From an uncultured delta proteobacterium (GTDB lineage Bacteria > Desulfobacterota > Desulfobaccia > Desulfobaccales > 0-14-0-80-60-11): DNA of 64,000 nucleotides. A program made the position numbers and the translations under genes. The notes below the pieces were generated by a model. It did not search any database. It worked only from the letters and a program-made list of their open reading frames with translations, and was not told the DNA's origin. How positions within the stretch are numbered: the stretch's first letter is position 1; every line of letters begins with the position of its first letter. Below are positions 1-10,351 of this stretch, piece after piece. The stretch spans positions 864,001-928,000 of the forward strand of contig CAWETI010000002.1 of NCBI GenBank assembly GCA_963812015.1, written 5' to 3'.

Positions 1-1304
1 TTGATGCCGCCCCCGGGGACTCCCATGTTCCCCAGCAATTGTTGCAAGATGGTATAGCTGCGGATGATCTGGACCCCGGTGGTATGCTGGGTGCCGCCCA
101 TGGCATAGAGAAGCGTGCCGGCTTTCCCGGGCTGGCCGGTGGCCCCGTAAGTAGCCGCCATGGCCATGAACTGCTCTCTGGGCACGCCCGTGACCTCCGT
201 TACCAGCTCCGGGGTGTACCGGGCGTAAAACGCCTTCATTATCTGGAAGACGCACCGGGGGTTGCTCAGGGTGGGGTCGGTCACCAGTTTTTTCTCGGCG
301 TCCAGCTCGTAGCTCCACGTGGCCGGATCATAGGCGTGCTTGTCTTTCTGAAAACCGGAAAAGAGGCCGTCGTGAAAGCCGAAGTCTTTGTTCACCACGA
401 AAGCGGCGTTGGTATAATTGGCCACGTAATCTTTATGATAGAGGTTGTTCTGGAGGACATAATTAATGAGGCCGCCCATCAAGGCGATATCGGTGCCGGG
501 CCTGAGGCGCACGAACAGGTCGGCCCTGGCGGCCGAGCGGGTGAAGCGCGGGTCCACCACAATGAGCTTGGCGCCCTGGTCCATGGCCTTGGTGATCCAG
601 CGGAAACTGACGGGATGGTTTTCGGCGGGGTTGCAGCCGATGATCATGACGCAATCACTGTTGGCGATATCGTTCCAGTGGTTGGTCATGGCGCCTCTGC
701 CGAAGGTGGGCCCCAACGAGGCCACGGTGGAGGAGTGTCAGAGGCGGGCTTGATGCTCTAAATAGACGATGCCCAGGGCTCGGGTGAGCTTGGCCAGGAG
801 ATAGCATTCCTCATTGTTGAGGGCGGCTCCGCCGATACTGGCCAGGGCCTCCGTGCGGTTCACCGGCACCCCTTCGGGGGACTTGCTGATGAAGCTGGCG
901 TCCCGGGTGGCCTTGACGCGCTGGGCCAGGGTGGTCATGGCCCAATCCAGGCTTTTTTCTTCCCAGTGGTCCGACCCGGGCGCCCGGTACCGCACCTTCT
1001 TCAAGCGCCGGGGGCTGGTGACCACCTCAAAGACCGCCTGGCCTTTGCTGCACAGGGTCCCCTGGTTGATGGGATGGTCGGGGTCCCCTTCCACGTTGAT
1101 GAGTTTGCCTTCTTTGGTGTTGGCGATGAGGCCGCAGCCCACGCCGCAGAAGGGGCAGATGGATGTGGTAACCTGGGTGTCCTTGGTCTTGGGGGGAGGC
1201 ACTAAACCGGCCCAGCCGGAGCGCGTCAGCACGACTTCCGAGAGGCCCAAAGCGGTAAGCCCGCTTCCCAAACCCTTGATAAATGTTCTGCGGGTGATGC
1301 CCAT
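1..1304 (-). CDS. fdnG: Formate dehydrogenase-N alpha subunit (Mo/W-bisPGD), selenocysteine-containing, Tat-exported; runs off the left edge of the window
   Basis: Twin-arginine signal MGITRRTFIKG and 4Fe-4S motif CPFCGVGC..LCSKG. The TGA at 738-740 lies in EHQARL-U-HSSTVASLGPTFGRGAMTNHW, and the frame stays open and FDH-like (NPAENHP, VVDPRFT, YAMGGTQH) to the window edge. Confidence 0.95.
706..725 (-). promoter_or_regulatory. Putative bacterial SECIS hairpin
   Basis: GUGGCCUC-GUU-GGGGCCCAC stem-loop begins 12 nt 3' of the in-frame UGA, the position typical of SelB-binding SECIS elements. Confidence 0.6.
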
Positions 1305-1502
1305 GATTCACCTCGTTAGGGGTTTGTGGAGTTCAGGAAATAGTCGGGGGGGATTGAGTCAATCTCTCAACTACTTAATTCCCTTCGGCTTTTTTGGCGT
1401 CTATCACCTCCTTCTCATCTTGTGCCCACGTTAAGATATTTCTTCACAACAGTCAATGAAGATTTCTTAGCCAAATCTTCAGGAAGTTTGTGTCCGGCGG
1501 AA

Positions 1503-1600
1503 CTGGTATCGTGTCCCGGAAATATCTTACCAAAGTTCACCCCAATGATTCCCCCTCCTCTGGTGGGAAAGGGTCAGGGAGAGGGGCAGGGGGAGATGAA
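1503..1600. repeat. Partial copy of the MITE-like palindromic repeat also seen at 30808-31007
   Basis: GTGTCCCGGAAATATCTTACCAAA...TTCCCCCTCCTCTGGTGGGAAAGGG resembles 30816-30880. Confidence 0.6.
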
Positions 1601-1987
1601 TTTCTATTAATTCTCCTTGCTTGGCGGGTCGATAAGTATGATAATCGGCCCGAATGATTGGGCTTCACGGAGAGCCGAGAGATCGCCGCCTGCTGATTGA
1701 AGACCTCTAAACTCCAACTCCAAGAAGATTTCCGTCATGTCGATGTCAACATCGCTCTTGGGCACTCTGGTGCTGATGTTATTGCTGACGCAGGTGGCCG
1801 ACGCCTGCACCAGTTTGCGGGTCATGACCGGGGCCGGTGACCCGGCCGGGGAGTAGGGTTGGTCACCAGGCTGGAAGCCGATTTGGGCTGCAAGGTGGGC
1901 AGTTATGCATCAGGGCGAAAAATTGATTAACTGTGGAGCCTTCCTTTAATTCCCCTCTCCCTTGAGGGAGAGCGACTGTGTTAGATG

Positions 1988-3150
<1,163 letters not shown>

Positions 3151-3234
3151 ACATACAAGGGTCAGGGTGAGGGTGAAAGTTAATCTATTTTACGCCCCCA
3201 GCAATAAGTGCAGTTATCCACAAGGAGGAACATT

Positions 3235-4086
3235 ATGAGAACAAGGATTTTCTGGGGGCTGTCGATTCTGTTGGTCTTCCTCTTGGGTTCCCCCGTATTC
3301 GGGGTTGGACAGGAAAAGGCCCCCGCCCAGGCCCCCCAGGCCGGCCCGGCGCCTCCGGCCGAAAAGCCGGCGGTCCCCGACCCCAAGGAAGTGCTCCAGC
3401 AAATGTGCGCTTTTCTCAAGAATCAACCGCAGTTCTCCTTTAAGGCCGAGGTCACTAACGACCATGTCTACCAGGGCGGCAAGAAGCTGCAGTTTGGCCA
3501 GGAGGTCGAGGCTTTCTTCCGGCGTCCCGATAAGCTCCGGCTCAATGGCGACGGCGACCTGGAAAGCAAACAGCTCATTTTGGATGGCAAGACTCTCACT
3601 CTCTACGACAAGAATAAAAACCATTATGCCAGCATCGAGGTTCCCGGCGATATCGACGCGGCCCTGGCCCAGGCCTACAAAGACTATGGCCTGAAGGTGG
3701 GGCTGGCCGAATTGGGCGCCGCCAAACTTTGGGACCATGCTGGCAAGAACATCACCAATGCCCTTTATGTTGGCCTGCACAAGGTCCGAGGGGTCCCCTG
3801 CCATCATCTGGCCTTCGACCGGAAAGATATCCATTACCAGATCTGGATCGAGGCCGGGGATAAGCCGCTGGTGCGAAAAATCGTGATCACCCAGAAGACG
3901 CTGCCTGGTTCCCCTCAATGGACGGCGTATTTCTCCGATTGGAATCTGTCGCCTGCCTTAGCGGACGACCTGTTTGCCTTTGTGCCGCCGGCCGGGGCCG
4001 AAAAAATTAAGTTTTTGCCGGTAAAAAAAGCTGGCGCCCCGACGCCCAAGGCGACGCCCGGGAAGAAAAAAGGAGAGAAGTCATGA
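3235..4086 (+). CDS. Exported DUF2092-family (LolA-like) protein
   Basis: AAGGAGG RBS, signal peptide, RPDKLR, CHHLAF..QIWI..GDKPL and F.FVPP.GA motifs. Confidence 0.8.
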   Translation: MRTRIFWGLSILLVFLLGSPVFGVGQEKAPAQAPQAGPAPPAEKPAVPDPKEVLQQMCAFLKNQPQFSFKAEVTNDHVYQGGKKLQFGQEVEAFFRRPDKLRLNGDGDLESKQLILDGKTLTLYDKNKNHYASIEVPGDIDAALAQAYKDYGLKVGLAELGAAKLWDHAGKNITNALYVGLHKVRGVPCHHLAFDRKDIHYQIWIEAGDKPLVRKIVITQKTLPGSPQWTAYFSDWNLSPALADDLFAFVPPAGAEKIKFLPVKKAGAPTPKATPGKKKGEKS

Positions 4087-4631
4087 GACCGGCTCAGCTG
4101 ACGCGCTTGGTGGCGATCCTATCTCTGGCCATATTACTGGTGGGCTTTCCCGTCATCCCTCAGGACGTTCAAGCCCGGGGCGGCGGGGGTGGTGTTCGTG
4201 GCGGAGGCGGCGGTGGTTTACATGGGGGCGGCTATCATAGCGGCGCCGGTGAAGGCGGGGGCTTCGGTGGCGGCAGCTTCAGGTCCGAACCGGGTCACTC
4301 GGCAGGCTCACACGAAGGGGAATATCATCCCCAAGAATATCACCGGTATAATCCCAGCAACACCAATGTCAATGTAAATAAAAATGTCAACGTTAACGCC
4401 CAAAACTACGGTCACGGCTGGGGGCCCTACTACGGCGGCGGCTGGGGCGCCGCGGCCGGGGGGGTTGCCGCCGGTCTGGCCATAGGCGCGGTGGTGGGGA
4501 GCCTGCCGGCGGCTGCCGCGGCCTTGTCCGTGGCTGGCCAGACCTACTATTACGACGGCGGCAACTATTACCAGCCTTGCTATCAAGGCAGCGATTCAAG
4601 CTACTGCGTGGTCCCGGATCCCAATCAGTAG
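4083..4631 (+). CDS. Gly-rich exported hypothetical protein (DUF6515-like C-terminus)
   Basis: ATGA overlap with the upstream gene, signal peptide, Gly-rich linker, IGAVVGSLP..YYYDGGNYY. Confidence 0.7.
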   Translation: MRPAQLTRLVAILSLAILLVGFPVIPQDVQARGGGGGVRGGGGGGLHGGGYHSGAGEGGGFGGGSFRSEPGHSAGSHEGEYHPQEYHRYNPSNTNVNVNKNVNVNAQNYGHGWGPYYGGGWGAAAGGVAAGLAIGAVVGSLPAAAAALSVAGQTYYYDGGNYYQPCYQGSDSSYCVVPDPNQ

Positions 4632-4654
4632 CCTCCAACCCGGGTGCCGACCAG

Positions 4655-4726
4655 GGTCAGGGCCTCGGCCCCCCGATTGGAGCAGTGCATCTTATTCGGG
4701 GGCAGGCCGCCCAGGGATTCGGCCAT
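4655..4726 (-). pseudogene. Inverted fragment of an IscU/NifU scaffold domain
   Basis: Translates to MAESLGGLPPNKMHCSNRGAEAL, the LGGLP..K.HCS motif of U-type scaffolds. Confidence 0.7.
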
Positions 4727-4765
4727 CGTGCTCTTTGAGAAATTGGTCGAAAGGGGAGTCAGTCT

Positions 4766-4963
4766 ATGTGGGAATATTCGGAAAAGGTCATGGAACATTT
4801 TCTCCATCCCCACAACGTTGGGGAAGTGGAGGACCCGGACGGTAAGGCTATGGTAGGCAATATCGCCTGTGGCGACGCCCTGAAGCTCACCTTTAAGTTA
4901 GATGAAAACGGGAGAATCAAAGAGGCCAGGTTTAAGACCTTCGGCTGCGCCAGTGCCATCGCT
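4766..4963 (+). pseudogene. nifU: Truncated NifU/IscU N-terminal half
   Basis: MWEYSEKVMEHFLHPHNVG..CGDALKL..FKTFGCASAIA, after which the similarity breaks off. Confidence 0.85.
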
Positions 4964-5174
4964 GCAGCCTTCCCATGTGCTCAGAGCCATGGGCGTCCCC
5001 TTCACCATGGCTCACGGCTCTATCCGTTTCAGCCTGAGTATTTATAACACTGCGGCGGAAATCGACTTCGTCATCGAGAAATTTCCTGGCGTCATAGAAC
5101 GGCTGCGAGCCTTGTCGCCCTATGGGGAAGAAGCCGAGGCGGTCTGTGCGACTCGCGACTTTGGAGGGACGTAG
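4959..5174 (+). pseudogene. nifS: C-terminal fragment of cysteine desulfurase NifS/IscS
   Basis: SLQPSHVLRAMGVPFTMAHGSIRFSLS..EIDFVIE..IERLRALSP; joined out of frame to the nifU fragment. Confidence 0.85.
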
Positions 5175-5436
5175 TCCAATGACTGAATCATCCAAACCAC
5201 AAGAGCTCTGCAAGGCAGAGATTAAAGCTTCCCGGAAATACCGGGAGGAAATCCCGGCCCCACGTTAATCGACTCGATTGTTCCATACCTCAGCCCTTCA
5301 ATATTGGGATTCTGTTCTGGCAACCCCCGCCCCTTGACCCAAGCTTCCTTGAAAATAAGGATCTTTCTGCTATGATGCTGCGATCAAATTTCGCCACGAA
5401 AAAGCTTACTTAAATACCTGGCCAAGAGGAAAGATA

Positions 5437-6942
5437 ATGACAACGCCGGTGCAACAAAAAATCAGAAATAAGCAAAGGACCGCCAAACAGATTCTGGATC
5501 AGGTGAAGTCGGGGGATTGGATCCAACCCGGGTCCGTGGGGGGGGACTCCACCGCGTGCATGCAGGAACTGGCCCGGCGTCTCGGACCCGGCCTACGTGA
5601 CATCGAGCTCTGGCAATATGCCGCTTTTTTCCCGCAACCGGAATTCCAACAAGTGGATCCTTATCAAGAATATCATTGTATTCACGAGCACTTCTTTACT
5701 CCCTGGAATCGTCAGGCCCGCGATCAGCACAACGTCACAGACTGGACGCATTGGGGCTGGTCGTTAGGAATGTGGTTCCACCACTACCGGTTTGCCCACC
5801 GGGTAAAGAAAAAGAGGGGCATCGACTGGTGGTGGAATGCCGCCTCACCTCCTGACCAGCAGGGTTTTTTCAATTTCTCCTATGGCACCAACAATTGCCA
5901 TATCTTCCGGCAGACTGCCAAAAAAATAGTGCTGGAAATCCGGGCCGATTACCCCTGGGCCGAGGGGGGCCGGTTCAATACCATTAATATTGATGATATC
6001 GATTACTGGGTGGAAGTGGACGTGGAAAGGCACCGGTGGCCCCAAGTCAATGAACGGGCGATCCAGCCCAAAGAGGAGCAATTGGCCATCGCCCGCCACA
6101 TCATGGGGATCATGCGGGACCGGGACGTCATTCAGCTGGGCGTCGGCTCCCTGCCTTCGGCTTGCGTGGCCGCCATGGCCGAGGCCGGTTTTAAGGACCT
6201 GGGCATTCACACGGAGATGCTGAACTACGGGCTGATTCGCCTGATGGAGTCAGGGCAGGTGACCAATCGCTATAAGAACATCGACCGGGGCCGCAGTGTG
6301 TGGTGCTTTGCTTTGCCCTTTGATGTGCAATGGTACTATGACTTCGTGCACCGCAACCAAAACCTGGCGGTTTACGATATCGGCTATACCAACAACCTTT
6401 ATAATCTGGCGAGAATCGACCACATGATCGCCATTGACAACTGCGTGGCCGTGGACTTACTGGGCCAGCAGTGTTGCAGCTTTTATAAAAAACGCCCCAT
6501 TTCCGGCACCGGCGGCTACTTCCAGTTTGTCGCCTTCTGTGCCCAATCCAAGGGCGGCCGCGGGGTGGCCGCCATGACCGCCAGGAGCAAGCACGGCACT
6601 TCCCGGATCGTGCCCTTTTTGCCGGAAGGCTGTGCGGTTGACGTGCCGGCGCAGTTGGCCAATTATGTCTGTACCGAGTACGGCATTGCCAATCTTCGGG
6701 GGCTCACCGGTTATGAAAGGGCGGCGGCCCTGATCGCCATCGCCCACCCGGAGGACCGGGACTGGCTAGAACGGGAGGCCCGGCAATCCGGCCTCTTACC
6801 GCCAAAATTCCCGGTTTCCATGTTCCCCCGGGAGGGAGGACCCCGCCGGTATCCGGCTTATGCCGAACGACGGGATTACAAGATTCCCTTTCACAGCGAT
6901 TTTTGGGGATTTGACTGGGACCCGTTCCAGTCCGGCAAGTAA
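5437..6942 (+). CDS. Acetyl-CoA hydrolase/CoA-transferase family protein (4-hydroxybutyrate CoA-transferase-like)
   Basis: IQLGVGSLP, DLGIHTEM, ISGTGG and VCTEYGIANLRG..ERAAALIAIAHP motifs. Confidence 0.85.
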   Translation: MTTPVQQKIRNKQRTAKQILDQVKSGDWIQPGSVGGDSTACMQELARRLGPGLRDIELWQYAAFFPQPEFQQVDPYQEYHCIHEHFFTPWNRQARDQHNVTDWTHWGWSLGMWFHHYRFAHRVKKKRGIDWWWNAASPPDQQGFFNFSYGTNNCHIFRQTAKKIVLEIRADYPWAEGGRFNTINIDDIDYWVEVDVERHRWPQVNERAIQPKEEQLAIARHIMGIMRDRDVIQLGVGSLPSACVAAMAEAGFKDLGIHTEMLNYGLIRLMESGQVTNRYKNIDRGRSVWCFALPFDVQWYYDFVHRNQNLAVYDIGYTNNLYNLARIDHMIAIDNCVAVDLLGQQCCSFYKKRPISGTGGYFQFVAFCAQSKGGRGVAAMTARSKHGTSRIVPFLPEGCAVDVPAQLANYVCTEYGIANLRGLTGYERAAALIAIAHPEDRDWLEREARQSGLLPPKFPVSMFPREGGPRRYPAYAERRDYKIPFHSDFWGFDWDPFQSGK

Positions 6943-7000
6943 TAATTTGAGGGAGGGGCTAGGGGCCGCAGGACCCTGGCCCCTCCCCCCCATGAGGCGG

Positions 7001-7915
7001 TCAGCTCACCCCGGCCCAGTAGGCGTCCACGGTGGCCTGGATTTCCTGGATAAGGGCGTCGTTGCGTTTAGGCTGGAACAGGTGGGCGAAGCGCCCCTGT
7101 CGTTTCAGGTATTCTTCCACCGGCAGCCGGGGGTGGGGAATTTTGGTGTGGACGATCTTCCCGTCCACGTATTCCTTCAGGGGCCAGATGCCGGTTTTGA
7201 CCGCCAGCCTGCCGATCTCCACCGCTTCTTTAGGGTCGAAGCCCCATCCGGGGGGGCAGGGGGCCAGGGTGAGGATCAGGCGCGGGCCTTTGAGATTTTT
7301 GACCTTCTCGATCTTCCGGGCCAAATCCATCGGTTCGGCGCCCAGCGCGGTGGCCGCGTAGACCAGCTTATGTGCGGTCCAGATGGCGAAGAGGTCTTTC
7401 TTATAGCCCGGGAAGCCCCGGGCGCTCAGACTGGTGGCAGTGCGGGCCGCGTGGGGGGTGGCCTCGGAGTACTGTTGGCCGGTGTTGCCGTAGCCCTCGT
7501 TATCATAGCAGAGATAGACAAAATTGAGGCCCCGCTCCAGGGCGCTGGAGGTGGCGGAGAGCCCCATGCCGTAGGCGGCGCCGTCCCCGGTGAGGACCAC
7601 CACCTCCAGGTCCTCTGCCGGTTCCATCCGGCCCTTGGCCAGGAGCAGGTCCAGGGCGTCCCGCACCCCCTGGGCGCCGGCCGGGGCCGAAGCCATGGCC
7701 GTATAGAGCCAGGAGCCCCGGAAGGGCGTGAAGGGGTAAGTGGCCAGGAGCGTCAGACACCCCGCGGCATTGACGAACACGGTCTTCGTCCCCAGGATGT
7801 CATAGACTTCATGGAGCACTTCCAACCCCCCGCACCCGGCGCACATGGGCGTCCCGGTGCCCAGGAGGTGGACCGAGGGAAGGGGTTTGGGGGGGCTTGG
7901 TTTGGTGGTGGTCAT
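7001..7915 (-). CDS. porB: 2-oxoacid:ferredoxin oxidoreductase beta subunit (TPP-binding)
   Basis: CAGCG and GDG..DNEGYGNTG.Q motifs; start placed at MTTTKP after a GAGG RBS. Confidence 0.9.
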   Translation of the reverse strand: MTTTKPSPPKPLPSVHLLGTGTPMCAGCGGLEVLHEVYDILGTKTVFVNAAGCLTLLATYPFTPFRGSWLYTAMASAPAGAQGVRDALDLLLAKGRMEPAEDLEVVVLTGDGAAYGMGLSATSSALERGLNFVYLCYDNEGYGNTGQQYSEATPHAARTATSLSARGFPGYKKDLFAIWTAHKLVYAATALGAEPMDLARKIEKVKNLKGPRLILTLAPCPPGWGFDPKEAVEIGRLAVKTGIWPLKEYVDGKIVHTKIPHPRLPVEEYLKRQGRFAHLFQPKRNDALIQEIQATVDAYWAGVS

Positions 7916-7956
7916 GGGACTTTTCCTCAAGGATAACGCTAAGTTAATAGTACTGT

Positions 7957-7977
7957 GGTTGACAGTGCCCACCCTAC
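7957..7977 (-). repeat. GTAG-type REP-like palindrome (degenerate)
   Basis: Reverse complement GTAGGGTGGGCACTGTCAACC, similar to 19460-19480. Confidence 0.65.
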
Positions 7978-8017
7978 GCTTGCTGCATTGCTCAGCCCGT
8001 CGTACTACCTTTTTATT

Positions 8018-8818
8018 TTAAATGCCGACGAACAGAAGAATTGCGCCAATACATGTCAAGTAAGTAAAGTCCACCTCTTTGGAAGAAAGATCGAATGGTA
8101 CAGCCATTCCGTGCCCGAAGTTGCGATTTATCAACGTATTAATAGCTTCCAGAGCCGAAATTACTTCATTGTTCAGAGCTCGCGTTTGACGAATATTCGC
8201 AAGAACAGCCCCAAAAGTAGCATTTGGCATATTGAAAACTTCTTTAGCCACTGATTCCAAAGAGTCAAAAATATTGCAACATGCATCACGATCGCGGCGC
8301 GGACGATCATCAAAGGCGTCTTGGGCAGCATTGAATAATGTTAGTGCTGGAGCAAATCGAGGCTGGCCCAACTCAGCTATTGCTGTACTAATCATTACCT
8401 GGGCTTGTATCGGCAAGTGTCTTTGAAGTCGACCCTGTTCATTAAGTTCCCAGACTACCCCATAGGAACTGAGTATGCGATTTATGTTTTGTCGATAATC
8501 CCTATCCACTCCAACTGACCGGAATTCAGGCCATAATCTGCATATTAGGTCGTAAACTCTTTTCCAGTCAGCACTTCTAAGATCGCGCCCAGCGGCATAC
8601 CTATATCCGCCATACGGCTGTCCGGAAGCACTTATTCCCAAGCTTTGACTGATGATTCTGTACATACGATCATCGCTCAAAGGAGGGGAATTGTGCTCAG
8701 CAAGATGGAAGATTAGATCGATTAACTCTTGTCTCATTGCTTGAGGAGCATCGGAATCAATGTTACGCACAGGCTGCGGAAATTCATCTGAAGATGAGAA
8801 ATCTCTAAAGTGTGACAT
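8018..8818 (-). CDS. AT-rich hypothetical protein, possibly AbiJ-related
   Basis: Intact 266-aa ORF, visibly more AT-rich than its flanks. C-terminal region (A..N..D.LESVAK; NRNFGH) resembles HEPN-like Abi domains. Family call is tentative. Confidence 0.6.
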   Translation of the reverse strand: MSHFRDFSSSDEFPQPVRNIDSDAPQAMRQELIDLIFHLAEHNSPPLSDDRMYRIISQSLGISASGQPYGGYRYAAGRDLRSADWKRVYDLICRLWPEFRSVGVDRDYRQNINRILSSYGVVWELNEQGRLQRHLPIQAQVMISTAIAELGQPRFAPALTLFNAAQDAFDDRPRRDRDACCNIFDSLESVAKEVFNMPNATFGAVLANIRQTRALNNEVISALEAINTLINRNFGHGMAVPFDLSSKEVDFTYLTCIGAILLFVGI

Positions 8819-8844
8819 TTAATCGCCTCGAAGGGTAAGTTAAA

Positions 8845-8865
8845 GTTGGGTGGGCACTACCCACC
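8845..8865 (+). repeat. GTAG-type REP-like palindrome (degenerate)
   Basis: GTTGGGTGGGCACTACCCACC. Confidence 0.65.
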
Positions 8866-8926
8866 AAAATTATTCTCCGAAAGTGTCATCCGAGTCAAAA
8901 GAAATATCATTTCCACAATCCTCGGC

Positions 8927-10171
8927 CTAAGATCCCTCCCCCAACCTCTGCCTTTCCACCTGGGCGATGGCCTGGAGTTTCCGGACTTCCCGCAGTTCAT
9001 CCTCGGTGTAGAGGAGGCGGGGCGGGGGGGCGACGCCGTCGGCCGCGGCCTGGCGGGTAACCGCGGCCATCTCGTAGAACTCCTCCGGGCTGATATCCCG
9101 GCCGCCCAGGCCGCCGATGAAGCTGGTAAGCACCGGTGCGTCTTTCCGGCCGTAGAGGGCCGAGGCCAGTTCCGCGCAGAGGACCCCGCCTTTGCCCAGG
9201 GAAATGTTCTGGTCGATGACCGCCGCGCCCTTCTTGCCGGCGAGAATCTCCTTGAGGCGCGCCTCCGGAAAGGGTCTTATAAGCCGGGGCCGCACCAGGC
9301 CGATCTTTAAGCCCGCGTCCCTCAGCCGGTCTACCGCGTCCTTCGCCTTGGTGGCGAAGGAGCCCAGCATGACGAAGGCGAACTCGGCGTCGTCGGTCCG
9401 GTAAGCCTCCACCGCGTCGTGGCGGCGCCCGAAGGTTCGGGCGAATTCTGCCGCCAACTCGTCATAGACCGCCAGGCCGTTTAAGGCCGCCAGGTGCATC
9501 TCGTAGCGGAAATAAGAATAGGGCGCGCCTCCCAGCACCGCCACCGCCTGGCTCACGGGGTGGCTCGCCCGGAACTTGATGCTCCCGGGCTCAAAGGGCC
9601 CCACAAAGGCCCGGACCGCCTCGGCCTCGGGAATCTCCACCGGCTCCCGGGTGAAGGAGAGGTAGAAGCCGTCCAGGTTGACGATGACCGGCAGGCGCAC
9701 CCGCCGGTCCTCGGCCAGGCGGAAGGCCATAAGCACGCTGTCCAGGACCTCCTGGCAGGTGGCGCAGTGAATCTGCAGGAAGCCCGAGTCCCGGGCCGCC
9801 AGGATGTCGTTGTGGTCGGGCTCCAGGGTGATGGGGGCCGAGAGCCCCCGGGAGACGTTCACCAGCACGAAGGGGGCGCGCCAGCCCGCCACGGTGTAGA
9901 GCATCTCCATGGCGTACAACAAACCCTGGCTGGAGGTGGCGGTGAAGACCCGGACCCCGGCGGCGGCCGCGGCCCCCGCGGCGGTGAGCATGGAGTGCTC
10001 GGACTCCAGGGTGACCATGCGGCAGTCCATCACGCCTGCGTCAATCCAATGGGCGATGGTTTCGATGATCTCCGTTTGGGGGGTGATGGGGAAGGCAGGC
10101 ACATAATCCACCGCGGCCAGGCGCACCCCCCAGGCTGCCGCGGCGTTGCCGGTCAAAAGCATCCGGGTCAT
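8927..10171 (-). CDS. porA: 2-oxoacid:ferredoxin oxidoreductase alpha subunit
   Basis: GN.AAA, FPITPQTEI, ESEHS, TATSSQGL and DGFYLS motifs. Confidence 0.92.
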   Translation of the reverse strand: MTRMLLTGNAAAAWGVRLAAVDYVPAFPITPQTEIIETIAHWIDAGVMDCRMVTLESEHSMLTAAGAAAAAGVRVFTATSSQGLLYAMEMLYTVAGWRAPFVLVNVSRGLSAPITLEPDHNDILAARDSGFLQIHCATCQEVLDSVLMAFRLAEDRRVRLPVIVNLDGFYLSFTREPVEIPEAEAVRAFVGPFEPGSIKFRASHPVSQAVAVLGGAPYSYFRYEMHLAALNGLAVYDELAAEFARTFGRRHDAVEAYRTDDAEFAFVMLGSFATKAKDAVDRLRDAGLKIGLVRPRLIRPFPEARLKEILAGKKGAAVIDQNISLGKGGVLCAELASALYGRKDAPVLTSFIGGLGGRDISPEEFYEMAAVTRQAAADGVAPPPRLLYTEDELREVRKLQAIAQVERQRLGEGS

Positions 10172-10351
10172 GGTGGGCCTCCTGAGGTTATCTTGAGGGG
10201 AAGGCCGGGGGATTGAAAATTCCCCGCCCTCCCCTCAAACTCCCCTCCCAACCCCCTTTATGGGGGCCAGGGAAGACGTGACTTGCGATCCCGACTTTCC
10301 CGGCCCTTAAAAACTTAAGGGATTGGGGGAGGGGGTAAGGGCCTGCGGCCC

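Noticed and set aside
39..761. 240-aa plus-strand ORF and the many other long antisense ORFs (e.g. 11565-12593, 26752-28167, 53223-54452, 57411-58664)
   Set aside because: Shadow frames opposite well-supported genes, expected in high-GC DNA; no recognisable motifs.
1607..1825. 72-aa ORF between fdnG and the IS110
   Set aside because: No recognisable motif or clear RBS; cannot be supported.
7940..8870. Integron cassette explanation for the AT-rich gene (GTTGGGT at 8845 fits GTTRRRY)
   Set aside because: No RYYYAAC...GTTRRRY attC hairpin downstream of the gene and no integron integrase; the flanks match the REP family.
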